The notes beneath the pieces were generated by a model, which was not told where the DNA came from, did not search any database, and worked only from the letters and a program-made list of their open reading frames with translations. The translations under genes were made by a program, and so were the position numbers. From Candidatus Magasanikiibacteriota bacterium (GTDB taxonomy: Bacteria; Patescibacteriota; Patescibacteriia; Magasanikbacterales; GWA2-37-8): 64,000 nucleotides of DNA. Location: positions 6,447 through 70,446 of the forward strand of contig JBAYGI010000001.1 of NCBI GenBank assembly GCA_041666745.1, in the 5' to 3' direction. Shown one piece after another: positions 28,051-38,363 of the stretch. Position 1 is the stretch's first letter. Every line of letters begins with the position of its first letter.

Positions 28051-30681
28051 ATGAAAGAATTACCAAAAGCCTACGAACCGCAAAAATACGAGGATTCTAT
28101 CTATAAACGCTGGGAAGAAAGTGGATATTTTAATCCGGATAATTTGTCTGGTGAACCGTTTTCTGTTTTGTTTCCACCCCCAAATGTTACCGGTGTTTTA
28201 CATCTTGGGCATGCGTTGGAAAATTCTTTGATGGATGCCATGATTCGCTATCAGCGTATGAAAGGTAAAAAAACTTTGTTGTTACCTGGTACTGATCATG
28301 CGGCAGTGGCCACGCAAGCAAAAGTAGAAAAAGATTTGATTAAACAGGGGCACATTCATCCACGCGAAGAATACGGTCGTGAAAAGTTGTTGGAAATTAT
28401 TCGCGACTATGCGGAAAAATCCAAAAGCACTATTTTAAATCAAATTAAAAAAATGGGAACCAGTTGTGATTGGTCTCGTTTGGCTTATACTTTTGATGAC
28501 CAGCGCAGTGTGGCGGTAAATACGGTTTTTAAAAAAATGTATGATGATGGTTTGATTTATCGTGGCTATCGTGTGGTCAATTGGTCGGTAAAGGGGCAAT
28601 CTACTTGTTCTGATGATGAGCTGGTGCATATTGAGCGTGATGCCAAAATGTATACTTTTAAATATTCAAAAGATTTTCCATTAACAATTTCTTCGACTCG
28701 TCCGGAAACAAAACTGGGTGATACAGCAGTGGCGGTCAATCCAAATGATGAACGTTATAAAAAATATATTGGTCAAACTTTTGTGGTAGATGTAGGTGCA
28801 GAAAAACTACTGAACATAAAAATCATTGCTGATGATGGTGTGGATATGGAGTTTGGTACAGGCGCTTTGGGAGTAACGCCGGCACACAGCGCGGTTGATT
28901 ATGAAATGTATATTAAACAAAAAACTCAAGGTAGTCCGATAGATTTAATTCCAGTAATTGGGATGGATGGAAAAATGTTGCCTACAGCCGGTAAAAAATA
29001 CGTCGGTTTGAAAACTGTGGAAGCTCGTGAAAAATTTGTAGAGTGGTTAAAAGAAAATGATTTGCTGATCAAGGAAGAAGATATAAAACAAAATGTTGGT
29101 ACGTCTGATCGTTTTGGTGATGTGGTTGAGGCTCTGCCAATGACTCAGTGGTTTGTCGATGTTAATAAAATTATTTCCGGTAAAAATAAAAGTCTGAAAG
29201 ATTTAATGAAAGAGGCGGTGACCATCGGTCATAGTGGTGATAAAGATAAAAAAATAAAAATTACGCCGGAACGTTTTGAAAAAGTTTATTTAAATTGGAT
29301 AGAAAATTTGCGTGACTGGTGTATTTCTCGCCAAATTTGGTGGGGTCATCGTATTCCGGTATGGTATAAAGGCGAAGAAGTTTTTTGTGGTTTAACCGCG
29401 CCGACTGATGGTGATTGGAAACAAGATGAAGATACTTTGGACACCTGGTTTAGCTCTGGTTTGTGGACATTTTCTACTTTGGGTTGGCCTAATGAGAAAA
29501 AAGATTTAGGTGTTTTTCATCCCTCCAGCTGGATGCAGATGGGTAATGAGATTATTTTCTTTTGGATGGCTAGAATGATTTTGATGACGACTTATGTCAT
29601 GGATACAATTCCGTTTAAAGAAGTTTATATTCATGGCATGTTGCGCGATGAACATGGCAAGAAATTTTCCAAATCAGCGGACAATGGTATTGACCCTCTG
29701 GATGCGGTCAAAGATTATGGTTGTGATGCTTTGCGTTTGAGTTTGTTGTCGGGTATTTCACCAGGGAATGACTCGTCTTTTTATAAAGAAAAAATAGAAG
29801 GATCACGCAATTTTGTAAATAAACTTTGGAATATTTCACGGTACGTTTTCTTGCAGATTGAAAAAGCAGATAAAAATATTTTGAAACCTCAAGCCAAAAC
29901 TTTGGCCGATCGTTGGATTCTTAGTCGCTTGGAAACAGTAAAATTAGATGTTGAAAAATTGTTGGATCGTTCGGATTTTTCATTGGCAGTTGAAAATTTA
30001 CGTACTTTTACTTGGACCGAATTTGCCGATTGGTATGTAGAGATTGCTAAAATTGAGAACGATAAGCAAGAAATTTTGAATTATCTGCTCAATACAATTT
30101 TGAAACTTTGGCATCCGTTCATACCGTTTGTGACTGAACAAATTTGGAGTGAAATTTACGATGAAAAAGAAATGTTGATGGTAGAAAAATGGCCAACGGC
30201 TGTCATTCCGAGCGAGACCGAGGAATCCCTTGACACATTTGAAATCATCAAAAATATTATTACCGGTATTCGCGCTTTGCGTGCCGAAAATAAGATTGAA
30301 CCGGCCAAAAAATTGGACGCGACGATCGGTGCTGACGAAAAAATTAATTTGATTAAAGAAAATTCGGATATTATCAAAATCTTGGCTCGTTTGGAAAATT
30401 TGGAAATTTTAGAAAAAGCTAAAAAATCCAAAACCGCCGTTGGGTTTGTAGAGGGAATAGTCGAAGTGTTTGTTGAATTAGCCGGAGTGATAGATTTGGA
30501 CAAAGAAAAAGAACGTTTGCAAAAAGAATTTGAAACGTTGACTAAATTTATCAATGGTCTGGAAAATAAATTGGCTAATGAGGAATTTGTCCAAAACGCA
30601 CCAGCGGTAGTGGTGGCCAAAGAAAAACAAAAATTGCAAGAGGCGCAAGAAAAATTGGATAAAATTGAAGCTCAACTTTAA
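28051..30681 (+). CDS. valS: Valine--tRNA ligase
   Basis: Motifs PPPNVTGVLHLGH, DWCISRQIWWGH and KFSKS; C-terminal coiled coil FVQNAP. Confidence 0.96.
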   Translation: MKELPKAYEPQKYEDSIYKRWEESGYFNPDNLSGEPFSVLFPPPNVTGVLHLGHALENSLMDAMIRYQRMKGKKTLLLPGTDHAAVATQAKVEKDLIKQGHIHPREEYGREKLLEIIRDYAEKSKSTILNQIKKMGTSCDWSRLAYTFDDQRSVAVNTVFKKMYDDGLIYRGYRVVNWSVKGQSTCSDDELVHIERDAKMYTFKYSKDFPLTISSTRPETKLGDTAVAVNPNDERYKKYIGQTFVVDVGAEKLLNIKIIADDGVDMEFGTGALGVTPAHSAVDYEMYIKQKTQGSPIDLIPVIGMDGKMLPTAGKKYVGLKTVEAREKFVEWLKENDLLIKEEDIKQNVGTSDRFGDVVEALPMTQWFVDVNKIISGKNKSLKDLMKEAVTIGHSGDKDKKIKITPERFEKVYLNWIENLRDWCISRQIWWGHRIPVWYKGEEVFCGLTAPTDGDWKQDEDTLDTWFSSGLWTFSTLGWPNEKKDLGVFHPSSWMQMGNEIIFFWMARMILMTTYVMDTIPFKEVYIHGMLRDEHGKKFSKSADNGIDPLDAVKDYGCDALRLSLLSGISPGNDSSFYKEKIEGSRNFVNKLWNISRYVFLQIEKADKNILKPQAKTLADRWILSRLETVKLDVEKLLDRSDFSLAVENLRTFTWTEFADWYVEIAKIENDKQEILNYLLNTILKLWHPFIPFVTEQIWSEIYDEKEMLMVEKWPTAVIPSETEESLDTFEIIKNIITGIRALRAENKIEPAKKLDATIGADEKINLIKENSDIIKILARLENLEILEKAKKSKTAVGFVEGIVEVFVELAGVIDLDKEKERLQKEFETLTKFINGLENKLANEEFVQNAPAVVVAKEKQKLQEAQEKLDKIEAQL
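30201..30230. repeat. Family A repeat, in-frame in valS
   Basis: TGTCATTCCGAGCGAGACCGAGGAATCCCT encodes VIPSETEESL. Confidence 0.85.
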
Positions 30682-30714
30682 ATTGTTTATAATCTATTAC
30701 TAAAAAATAATTTT

Positions 30715-31914
30715 ATGAAGATAGATACTGATGCGCAAAAAATAAAAGAACTTTTGGAACGGGGAGTGGAAAATATTTATCCAAAAAAAGATTTTTTGGA
30801 GGCGCGACTTAAAGAAGGTAAACAACTTACTTTGTACACCGGTTATGATCCAACGGCACCGACTTTACACATTGGTCATGCTATCACGATGATGAAATTG
30901 CGTCAGTTTCAGGATTTGGGGCACAAAGTTATTATGTTGATTGGGGATTTTACCGGTATGATCGGTGATCCTAGCGACAAAGCCGCGGCGCGACAAAAAT
31001 TGACCCACGAACAAGTTTTGGAAAATTGTAAAAATTACCAAGAGCAGGCCGGAATGATTTTGAATTTCAAAGGAGATAACGCGGTGGAATTGAAATACAA
31101 CGGCGAGTGGTTGGGGAAATTAAATTTGGCCGACTTGTTGGATTTGACTTCACATTTTACAGTGGATAGATTGATGGAACGTGACATGTTTGAAAAAAGA
31201 AAAGAAGATGGCAAGGCGATTTATCTCCATGAATTTTTGTATCCGGTCATGCAGGCTTACGATAGTGTGGCGATGAATGTGGATGGTGAAGTGGGTGGTA
31301 ATGATCAGACATACAATATGTTGGCCGGTCGTGATTTGATAAAAGATTTAAAAAATAAAGAAAAATTTGTTTTGACTACCAAACTTTTGGTGGATAGCAC
31401 CGGTAAAAAAATGGGCAAGAGCGAGGGGAATATGATCGCGCTTTCCGACGCTCCGGAAGATATGTTTGGCAAGGTGATGAGCTGGACAGATGAGATGATA
31501 GTAAAAGGTTTTGAATTGTGTACCCACGTGTCGGTGGAAGAAATAAAACAAATTGAAAAGGAAATTGCCGGAGGCGTCAATCCACGCGATTTAAAATTGC
31601 GTTTGGCGAGTGAAATTGTAGAAACATTTTTGGGAGAAAAATCCGCAACCAAAGCGCAGGAATATTTTATATCAACTTTTAGTAAAAAGGAAAAACCGGA
31701 TGAGATGCTGGAAATAAAACCAAGCACGTATGATATCGCCACCGCATTGGTAGAAGCCGGAATTTGTAAAAGCAAAGGTGAAGTGCGCCGAGCGATCGAT
31801 CAAGGGGGAGTGAAAATTAATGATGAAAAAGTATTGGTTGAGGATTATTTACACACAATAAAACCAAATGATGTTATTCAAAAAGGTAGTCGTTGGTTTG
31901 TAAAAGTGAAATAA
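30715..31914 (+). CDS. tyrS: Tyrosine--tRNA ligase
   Basis: Motifs GYDPTAPTLHIGH, GGNDQ and KMGKS; C-terminal S4 domain. Confidence 0.96.
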   Translation: MKIDTDAQKIKELLERGVENIYPKKDFLEARLKEGKQLTLYTGYDPTAPTLHIGHAITMMKLRQFQDLGHKVIMLIGDFTGMIGDPSDKAAARQKLTHEQVLENCKNYQEQAGMILNFKGDNAVELKYNGEWLGKLNLADLLDLTSHFTVDRLMERDMFEKRKEDGKAIYLHEFLYPVMQAYDSVAMNVDGEVGGNDQTYNMLAGRDLIKDLKNKEKFVLTTKLLVDSTGKKMGKSEGNMIALSDAPEDMFGKVMSWTDEMIVKGFELCTHVSVEEIKQIEKEIAGGVNPRDLKLRLASEIVETFLGEKSATKAQEYFISTFSKKEKPDEMLEIKPSTYDIATALVEAGICKSKGEVRRAIDQGGVKINDEKVLVEDYLHTIKPNDVIQKGSRWFVKVK

Positions 31915-31919
31915 TTATT

Positions 31920-33635
31920 ATGATATCGTCCGAATCAATTTTAAAATTACTGCAAGAGGCTGGAATAAAAGAAGAGGCCAAACTAACCGCCCCGCCCAAA
32001 CCGGAGATGGGGGATTTGGCGTTTTCGTGTTTTGAATTTGCGAAATCACAAGGTAAAAATCCGGTAGAAAGCGCGAAAGATTTGGCTGATAAATTAAATA
32101 GAATTTTGGTTGATGATAAACACAGTAACAAAATAATAGAAAAGGCCATAGCGTTCGGACCCTATGTCAATTTCTTTTTAAATTCCGGCGCGATTGCCAA
32201 AAATATCATTGGTGATATTCAAAAACAAGGTAAAAAATACGGACAAAATCAATTGGGTAAAGATAAAAAAGTGATCATTGAATACCCGAGCAACAATACC
32301 CACAAAGAATTACATATCGGTCATTTACGCAATATTTGTTTGGGTAATGCTCTGACCAACATTTTTAAAACAAGTGGATTTAATATCGAACCGATAAATT
32401 ATATTAATGATTTTGGCGCGCATGTAGCCAAGTGTTTGTGGGGTTTACAAAAATTTCACAAAGATGAAAAACCACCAAAAGGTGAAGAACAAAAATGGTT
32501 GGGAGAAATCTATGCGGAGGCGTCCAAATATCTCACCGAACACCCGGAAGAAAAAGAACAATCTTTTGAAATACAAAAAAAACTGGAAGCGCGTGATAAA
32601 AGCATCTGGTCATTATTTAAAAAAACTCGACAATGGAGTCTCGATGGATTCAATAAAGTTTTCAAAGAATTGGGAGTAAAACACCAGCGCACTTTTTTTG
32701 AGCAGGATGTCAAAGACATTGGTCAAAAAATAGTCGATGAATTGCTGGATAAAAAAATTGCTGAAGTTGGTGAGGGTGGAGCGATTATTGTGGATTTGCA
32801 TAAATACAATTTGGACATTGGTTTGTTGCGCAAAAGCAATGGATCGGGTTTGTATTTAACCAGCGATCTCGGATTGGCAGTAACAAAAAACAAAATATAT
32901 AAAAATATTTCAGAGAGCATTCATCTTACCGGCAGTGAACAAGATTTTTATTTCAAACAATTATTTAAAATCTTGAAACTAGATGGTTTTCATCACAAAA
33001 TGACTCACATTGGTTATGGTTTGGTAATGTTGCCGGAAGGGAAAATGTCCTCTCGTACCGGTAGAGTGGTTTTGTATGATGAGGTGCGTGATTTGGTGCT
33101 TAATAAAGTTTTGGATGAAACCATCAAACGCCACAGTGATTGGAATAAAAAGAAAATTGCCAATGTGTCTTTAAAAATTGCTTTAGCGGCGATTAAATTT
33201 GAGTTCTTGAAACATGAGGCCAATCGGACTATTATTTTTGACGCGACTATGGCTACCAAGTTCGAAGGTTTTACCGGACCGTATATTTTGTATATGATAG
33301 CGCGTATCAATAGCATGTTACGCAAAGCTAAAATGAAAAAAACCACTTCCGATTTTAGCGCGTTAAAAGAGCTTGAAGAAAAACAACTTATTTTGTTGTT
33401 GGGCGAATATGGCGAAGTGATAAAAAAATCATTCGATAATTATAACCCATCGGTTTTGACCAAATACTGTTTTGATGTCGCTCAATCTTTTAGTAATTTT
33501 TATTCTAAACATAGTGTTTTAAATAGTGCTGATAAAAAATTAATTAGCGCTCGGTTGGCATTGTGTCAGGCAACCAAACAGGTACTGGAAAATTGTTTGT
33601 CCACTTTGTCTATTGATACAATAGAAATAATGTAA
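31920..33635 (+). CDS. argS: Arginine--tRNA ligase
   Basis: Motifs GPYVNF, NTHKELHIGHLRN, KMSSRTG and FEGFTGPY. Confidence 0.95.
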   Translation: MISSESILKLLQEAGIKEEAKLTAPPKPEMGDLAFSCFEFAKSQGKNPVESAKDLADKLNRILVDDKHSNKIIEKAIAFGPYVNFFLNSGAIAKNIIGDIQKQGKKYGQNQLGKDKKVIIEYPSNNTHKELHIGHLRNICLGNALTNIFKTSGFNIEPINYINDFGAHVAKCLWGLQKFHKDEKPPKGEEQKWLGEIYAEASKYLTEHPEEKEQSFEIQKKLEARDKSIWSLFKKTRQWSLDGFNKVFKELGVKHQRTFFEQDVKDIGQKIVDELLDKKIAEVGEGGAIIVDLHKYNLDIGLLRKSNGSGLYLTSDLGLAVTKNKIYKNISESIHLTGSEQDFYFKQLFKILKLDGFHHKMTHIGYGLVMLPEGKMSSRTGRVVLYDEVRDLVLNKVLDETIKRHSDWNKKKIANVSLKIALAAIKFEFLKHEANRTIIFDATMATKFEGFTGPYILYMIARINSMLRKAKMKKTTSDFSALKELEEKQLILLLGEYGEVIKKSFDNYNPSVLTKYCFDVAQSFSNFYSKHSVLNSADKKLISARLALCQATKQVLENCLSTLSIDTIEIM

Positions 33636-33638
33636 AAT

Positions 33639-34730
33639 ATGTTTTATCAAAAAATATTACGTCCAATTTTATTTAAAACTGATCCGGAATGGATACACGA
33701 TTTTACGTCCGCCAGCTTGGGTTTTATCAGTAGACAAAAATTATTTTTTAATCCTATTAAAAATTTTTTGTTTGTTGATGATGAAATTTTGCATACGACC
33801 GTTGGAAAAATTAATTTTTTAAATCCGATCGGACTGGCGGCCGGTTTTGATAAAAATATTGGCTCGCCTTTGGCCTACCCGATGCTTGGTTTTGGATTTG
33901 CCGAGTTGGGTTCGATAACTTATCGCGCGCAGGCCGGTAATCCCAAACCTAGATTGTGGCGTTTGCCGGACGATAATAGCTTGATAGTGTACTATGGTTT
34001 GGCAAATTGTGGCGCCAAAATCACGAAAGAAAAAATGGAGAAAATGCCTCACCATTTTATACCTTATGGTATTAGTATCGCGCCGACAACCGGTTTGTCG
34101 GTGGAAGAAATGGCCGAAGATTATTGTAAAAGTTTTTCTTTGTTGCATCCGTATGGAGATTATATTACTCTCAATGTCAGTTGCCCAAATGTGACCAGTT
34201 GTGAAACTTTTGTACAGATTTCTTTTATCAAAGAACTGGCGCAGAGAATAAAAGAGATTCGTCAAACTGAAAAAATAGACAAAGATATTTATTTAAAAAT
34301 CGGTTCAAATTTGTCACCAACCGGATTAGACAAAATAATTGAAATTTGTTTAGAAAATAATATTACCGGTGTAGTTGCTACCAATCTGCTAAAAGATCGT
34401 GCCGGTATGGTTGCACGCAGTTCGGCGCAAAGATTGGATCATCCGGGTGGAATTTCCGGAAAATTGTTGGTAAAAAACAGTAATGAAATTATTAAATATA
34501 TTCGCCAATCGACCAAAGGAAAATTAAAAATCATCGGTTTGGGTGGGGTATTCACCGCGCAAGACGCTTATGAAAAAATAAAATTGGGCGCGGATTTGAT
34601 TCAAATGATCACAGGGTTTATTTACAACGGTCCGCTAGCCGTAAAACATATAAATTTGGGTTTAATAAAATTGCTTCAGAAAGACGGTTTTAAAAATATC
34701 AGTGAGGCAGTCGGAAAGAATGTGTCTTAA
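33639..34730 (+). CDS. pyrD: Dihydroorotate dehydrogenase (quinone, class 2)
   Basis: Motifs DPEWIH, NPIGLAAGFDKN, QAGNPKPRLWRL, NVSCPN and GGISG. Confidence 0.9.
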   Translation: MFYQKILRPILFKTDPEWIHDFTSASLGFISRQKLFFNPIKNFLFVDDEILHTTVGKINFLNPIGLAAGFDKNIGSPLAYPMLGFGFAELGSITYRAQAGNPKPRLWRLPDDNSLIVYYGLANCGAKITKEKMEKMPHHFIPYGISIAPTTGLSVEEMAEDYCKSFSLLHPYGDYITLNVSCPNVTSCETFVQISFIKELAQRIKEIRQTEKIDKDIYLKIGSNLSPTGLDKIIEICLENNITGVVATNLLKDRAGMVARSSAQRLDHPGGISGKLLVKNSNEIIKYIRQSTKGKLKIIGLGGVFTAQDAYEKIKLGADLIQMITGFIYNGPLAVKHINLGLIKLLQKDGFKNISEAVGKNVS

Positions 34731-34814
34731 CACATCTTTACAGCATCTACATACAGGTATAGTATAATTTCTAGGCTTGTTTTGCCGTCTCTAAGGACGG
34801 AAAAGAGAGGGATC

Positions 34815-36032
34815 ATGCGAATTGAGCGACCTATCCGACCAAATTGGCCGGAGCGCAAATGGCCGCGTGTGGCCTTTATTGCACACGCGCTTTTGGACGG
34901 GTATCGCTCAACCGACTTGATCAGTCGACGGTTGGACGAACTCGGGCAAAAGTGGCCCCAGGATGGCGAGGATCCCGGGTTTATCAACTGGTTCTCCTTT
35001 CCTGTCACTCCGGTGGATGGTCAGGGACAGTCGGTGTGGGTTGATTTCTATATCATCCCGGTTCTGGCTGGACAATTTCTGGCTGCCTGCAAGAGCGGGC
35101 AGGCATACGACTGGGCGGAAGCTGTCGCACTCGCCGCGATCGCTGAAGCCAAGGCCGACGGTGTTCACATTACCGTTGGTTGGGGTGCGTTGACGAAAGT
35201 CGCGACTACTCACGGCGCTCGTTTTTTGGAGCGTAATGCGTGGGTGAAGTCCGACGATATGGTTTCGACTACCCATGGTGATGCCGGCACGGCCGCCTTG
35301 GTTCTCGAGACTATCCGTCGAGCTGGTTTCAAGCGAGGTTTTCGCGTTGCGGTGATTGGTGCCAACGGCGCCATCGGTGACGCGATTTCACGTTTGCTTC
35401 CTTCGCTTTCTCCTGAGAGCATCTTGCTCGTGGGGAAGGGCGGAGAGGTGAATGCCTCCCGCTTGAACGAATTGCGCGCGCGGGTGTTTGGTGGTGGTGA
35501 TCGAGTCGCCATTCACCAAGACAAATCGAGCGCGTGTCATGATCACCGGAGCGATTTGGTGATCATCGCGACTACCGGTATGGATATCGCTCCGAGCGAA
35601 ATCCCGTTGGGCGCACTCGTGCTCGACATGACAACTCCGTCTGCGTGCCACGCCAATAGCGAATGGCAGAATAACCGGTTGGTTCTAGCTTCCGGGTGTG
35701 GTCGGTTCGCCGATCGTGCCGTGAAGGAATCTTTCGGTCAATTCGGCGGCGAGTTGCTCGCGGACGTTGGAGCTGGCGGTCACCATGTGTTGTGGGGGTG
35801 CGCCGGCGAGACCATTACGCGAGCGGTCGCTGAATGGCACGGACACGTGGCTGGCACCAATATCCCTCTCGGGGATATCCAGTGGTGCGACAGTCATTTT
35901 CCGGAGCTGGGTTTCGCCCCCCAGTTGCCAGTCTCATTCGGGAGGAGTCTCGACTGGTCGGACGTGCACGCTTTCGTCGAGCGTTCACAAAAAAGAATTT
36001 CGGTGCAGGCGTCGCAACACCTTCACCAGTAA
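34815..36032 (+). CDS. COG5322 / acyl-ACP-reductase-like NAD(P)-binding oxidoreductase, GC-rich foreign insert
   Basis: Motifs VAFIAH, VGWGALTK, TTHGDAGT, Rossmann VAVIGANGAIG and WGCAGET; SD-like GAGAGGGA before ATG 34815. Confidence 0.7.
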   Translation: MRIERPIRPNWPERKWPRVAFIAHALLDGYRSTDLISRRLDELGQKWPQDGEDPGFINWFSFPVTPVDGQGQSVWVDFYIIPVLAGQFLAACKSGQAYDWAEAVALAAIAEAKADGVHITVGWGALTKVATTHGARFLERNAWVKSDDMVSTTHGDAGTAALVLETIRRAGFKRGFRVAVIGANGAIGDAISRLLPSLSPESILLVGKGGEVNASRLNELRARVFGGGDRVAIHQDKSSACHDHRSDLVIIATTGMDIAPSEIPLGALVLDMTTPSACHANSEWQNNRLVLASGCGRFADRAVKESFGQFGGELLADVGAGGHHVLWGCAGETITRAVAEWHGHVAGTNIPLGDIQWCDSHFPELGFAPQLPVSFGRSLDWSDVHAFVERSQKRISVQASQHLHQ

Positions 36033-36074
36033 CACCAAGCTGTCTTTTGACGGCGGGAGGTTCAAAATGCCAAT

Positions 36075-36116
36075 AGGCACACCCCGGGTTCGCAAGATCC
36101 GGGGTGTCTGCTTTTT
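36075..36116 (+). terminator. Intrinsic terminator of the GC-rich insert
   Basis: CACCCCGGGT/ATCCGGGGTG stem followed by a T run. Confidence 0.75.
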
Positions 36117-36161
36117 ATATGAAGTTTTTTGTGGTATAATATACAAAGAATTAAAAATTTT

Positions 36162-37778
36162 ATGTTTGATTTTTATACCACCCTACCATTAACCTGTAGT
36201 TTGTTCGGTTTATTTTTTGGATTATTTGTTTTATTTCAAAATTATAAATCGCGCATGAACCAATTGTTGTTTGCTTTTAATGTAAGTATGTTGTTTTGGA
36301 TGTTTGGCACATTTATGATGTTTTGGTCACGTGGTAATATGTCGGCGGCACTTTTTTGGGATAGATTTGTATACATTGGGGTGGTATTTATGCCACCTTT
36401 GATGCATCATTTTAGTTTGGTTTTCACCCAACAAACCAACAAACAAAAAGGACTGTTGATAGTCAACTATCTTTTGGCCTTTTCTTTTTTATTTTTGAGT
36501 CAAACTCCTTATTTTGTTGATGGTCTTTATTATTATTCTTGGGGTGTGCATAGTCAGGCGCGGATTTTGCATACCATATTTTTAGGGTATTTTTTCTTGG
36601 GCACAGGATTATTTTTTGCCAATGTTTTTAGATATTTCTTAAAAATTAAAGAAAAAATTATTCGTTTGCAAACCATTTATGTTTTTATTGCTTTTGCGAT
36701 CGTAATTTTTATTGGTGGTTCGGCTTATTTGTTTGCTTATCACATTGATACTAAGTTTCCTTTTGCTTATGTTTCCGGATTAATTTTTCCAGTCATGTTG
36801 TTTTATGCCGTTAGTCGTTATCATTTGTTTGGTAAAAAAATAGTAGCGACCGAGGTGTTGGTGGGATTGGCGGAATTTTTTGTGGTGATGGATATTTTCT
36901 TTTCACAAAGTTTAAAAGATGTTTTGCTGAGGGTTGTTTTCGCGATGATTGTGGCTGTAATTGGGGTATTTTTGATTCGATCAGTTCGCAAAGAAATACA
37001 ACGTCGTGAAGAAATTACCAAGTTGGCCGATTCTCTGGAACAAGCCAATCTTCGTTTGCAAGAATTGGACAAACAAAAAACCGAATTCCTTTCCATTGCC
37101 TCTCACCAATTGCGCACACCACTTTCGATTTTAAAAGGTTATATCGAATTGATCAAAGACGGTGGTTATGGCAAAATTACCAAAGACACCAAACAGATTT
37201 TGAATAATATGGATGAGAGCAATGAGCACCTGATCAAATTGGTGGATGATTTTTTGAACATATCGCGCATCGAACAAGGTCGTACCAAATATGATTTTAA
37301 AAATTTTAATTTATCTCACACGGTAGATGGAATATTATTTGAGTTGTGTAAACGCGCGCAGGACAAAGGTTTGAAATGCGAGTGGCACAACGGCACCGTT
37401 TTTGAAATTGTTGGTGATGAAGAAAAAATCCGGCACGTATTATTCAATTTTGTGGATAATGCTATCAAATATTCTGAAAATGGTAAGATTAAAATTAATC
37501 TAAAAGCGGATAATGATGGTGTGAATGTGACTGTGAGTGATCGAGGATTTGGTTTCGGAAAAGTGGATGAAGCGAATTTTTTCCAAAAATTTTATCGTGG
37601 TGAAAATGTTAAAAATACCAATGTTACCGGTACCGGTTTGGGATTGTATGTTTGTCGTAAATTTATTGAGGCGCATGGTGGAAAAGTTTGGGCGCATAGC
37701 TCGGGGCTCGGTAAAGGTAGTGAATTTGGCTTTTGGTTGCCATTAAAACCACCAGACACAGTTTCCGGAAAAGTTTAA
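36162..37778 (+). CDS. Membrane-bound sensor histidine kinase (7TM-type N-terminus)
   Basis: H-box ASHQLRTPL, N-box NFVDNAIKY, G2 box GTGLGL; multiple TM helices. Confidence 0.92.
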   Translation: MFDFYTTLPLTCSLFGLFFGLFVLFQNYKSRMNQLLFAFNVSMLFWMFGTFMMFWSRGNMSAALFWDRFVYIGVVFMPPLMHHFSLVFTQQTNKQKGLLIVNYLLAFSFLFLSQTPYFVDGLYYYSWGVHSQARILHTIFLGYFFLGTGLFFANVFRYFLKIKEKIIRLQTIYVFIAFAIVIFIGGSAYLFAYHIDTKFPFAYVSGLIFPVMLFYAVSRYHLFGKKIVATEVLVGLAEFFVVMDIFFSQSLKDVLLRVVFAMIVAVIGVFLIRSVRKEIQRREEITKLADSLEQANLRLQELDKQKTEFLSIASHQLRTPLSILKGYIELIKDGGYGKITKDTKQILNNMDESNEHLIKLVDDFLNISRIEQGRTKYDFKNFNLSHTVDGILFELCKRAQDKGLKCEWHNGTVFEIVGDEEKIRHVLFNFVDNAIKYSENGKIKINLKADNDGVNVTVSDRGFGFGKVDEANFFQKFYRGENVKNTNVTGTGLGLYVCRKFIEAHGGKVWAHSSGLGKGSEFGFWLPLKPPDTVSGKV

Positions 37779-37847
37779 AATTACCCAGTTGTGTTTTTTC
37801 AATAAATATTGTAAAATAAAAGTAATAATTATTTAATCGTATTTTTT

Positions 37848-38324
37848 ATGATTTTTCAAAAATCCACCCCCAAAATTGTGGTAGAAGAAGAAATAGTTCA
37901 ATTTGAAGAACCGGTAGCGACTGAGCGAGTGGATGAAGTGGAGACTATTGTTGGTCCTTCGGTAAATGTGGAGGGGGATTTTGCTTCGGAAGGTAATATT
38001 ATTGTCAAAGGCACAGTGTCTGGCAGTGTGCATACCAGTCGATTTTTGTCGGTGGAAATAGGGGCCAAAATCATGGCCAATGTGCGAGCGGGCAATGCCA
38101 AAATTTCCGGTGAGGTCAAAGGCAATCTGAAAATACGAGAAACTATCGAACTTACTTCAACCGCCAAGATTTTGGGTGATATAGAAGCCAGAGTTTTGTC
38201 GGTAGAGCCGGGGGCACTGTTGTTTGGAAAGGTGTCGATGCCTGGTATCGAAGGCGCTGAAACAAAAGGTTCGAAATCACGTACAACTCGTCGAGGTGAA
38301 GAAATGGTTGAAATTGGAGAATAG
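37848..38324 (+). CDS. Bactofilin (polymer-forming cytoskeletal protein)
   Basis: ETIVGPSVNVEGD..IVKGTVSG..ISGEVKGN beta-helix pattern. Confidence 0.88.
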   Translation: MIFQKSTPKIVVEEEIVQFEEPVATERVDEVETIVGPSVNVEGDFASEGNIIVKGTVSGSVHTSRFLSVEIGAKIMANVRAGNAKISGEVKGNLKIRETIELTSTAKILGDIEARVLSVEPGALLFGKVSMPGIEGAETKGSKSRTTRRGEEMVEIGE

Positions 38325-38363
38325 ATAAAATTGCTTAGGCAATTTGTAATACAGTAATAGCGT

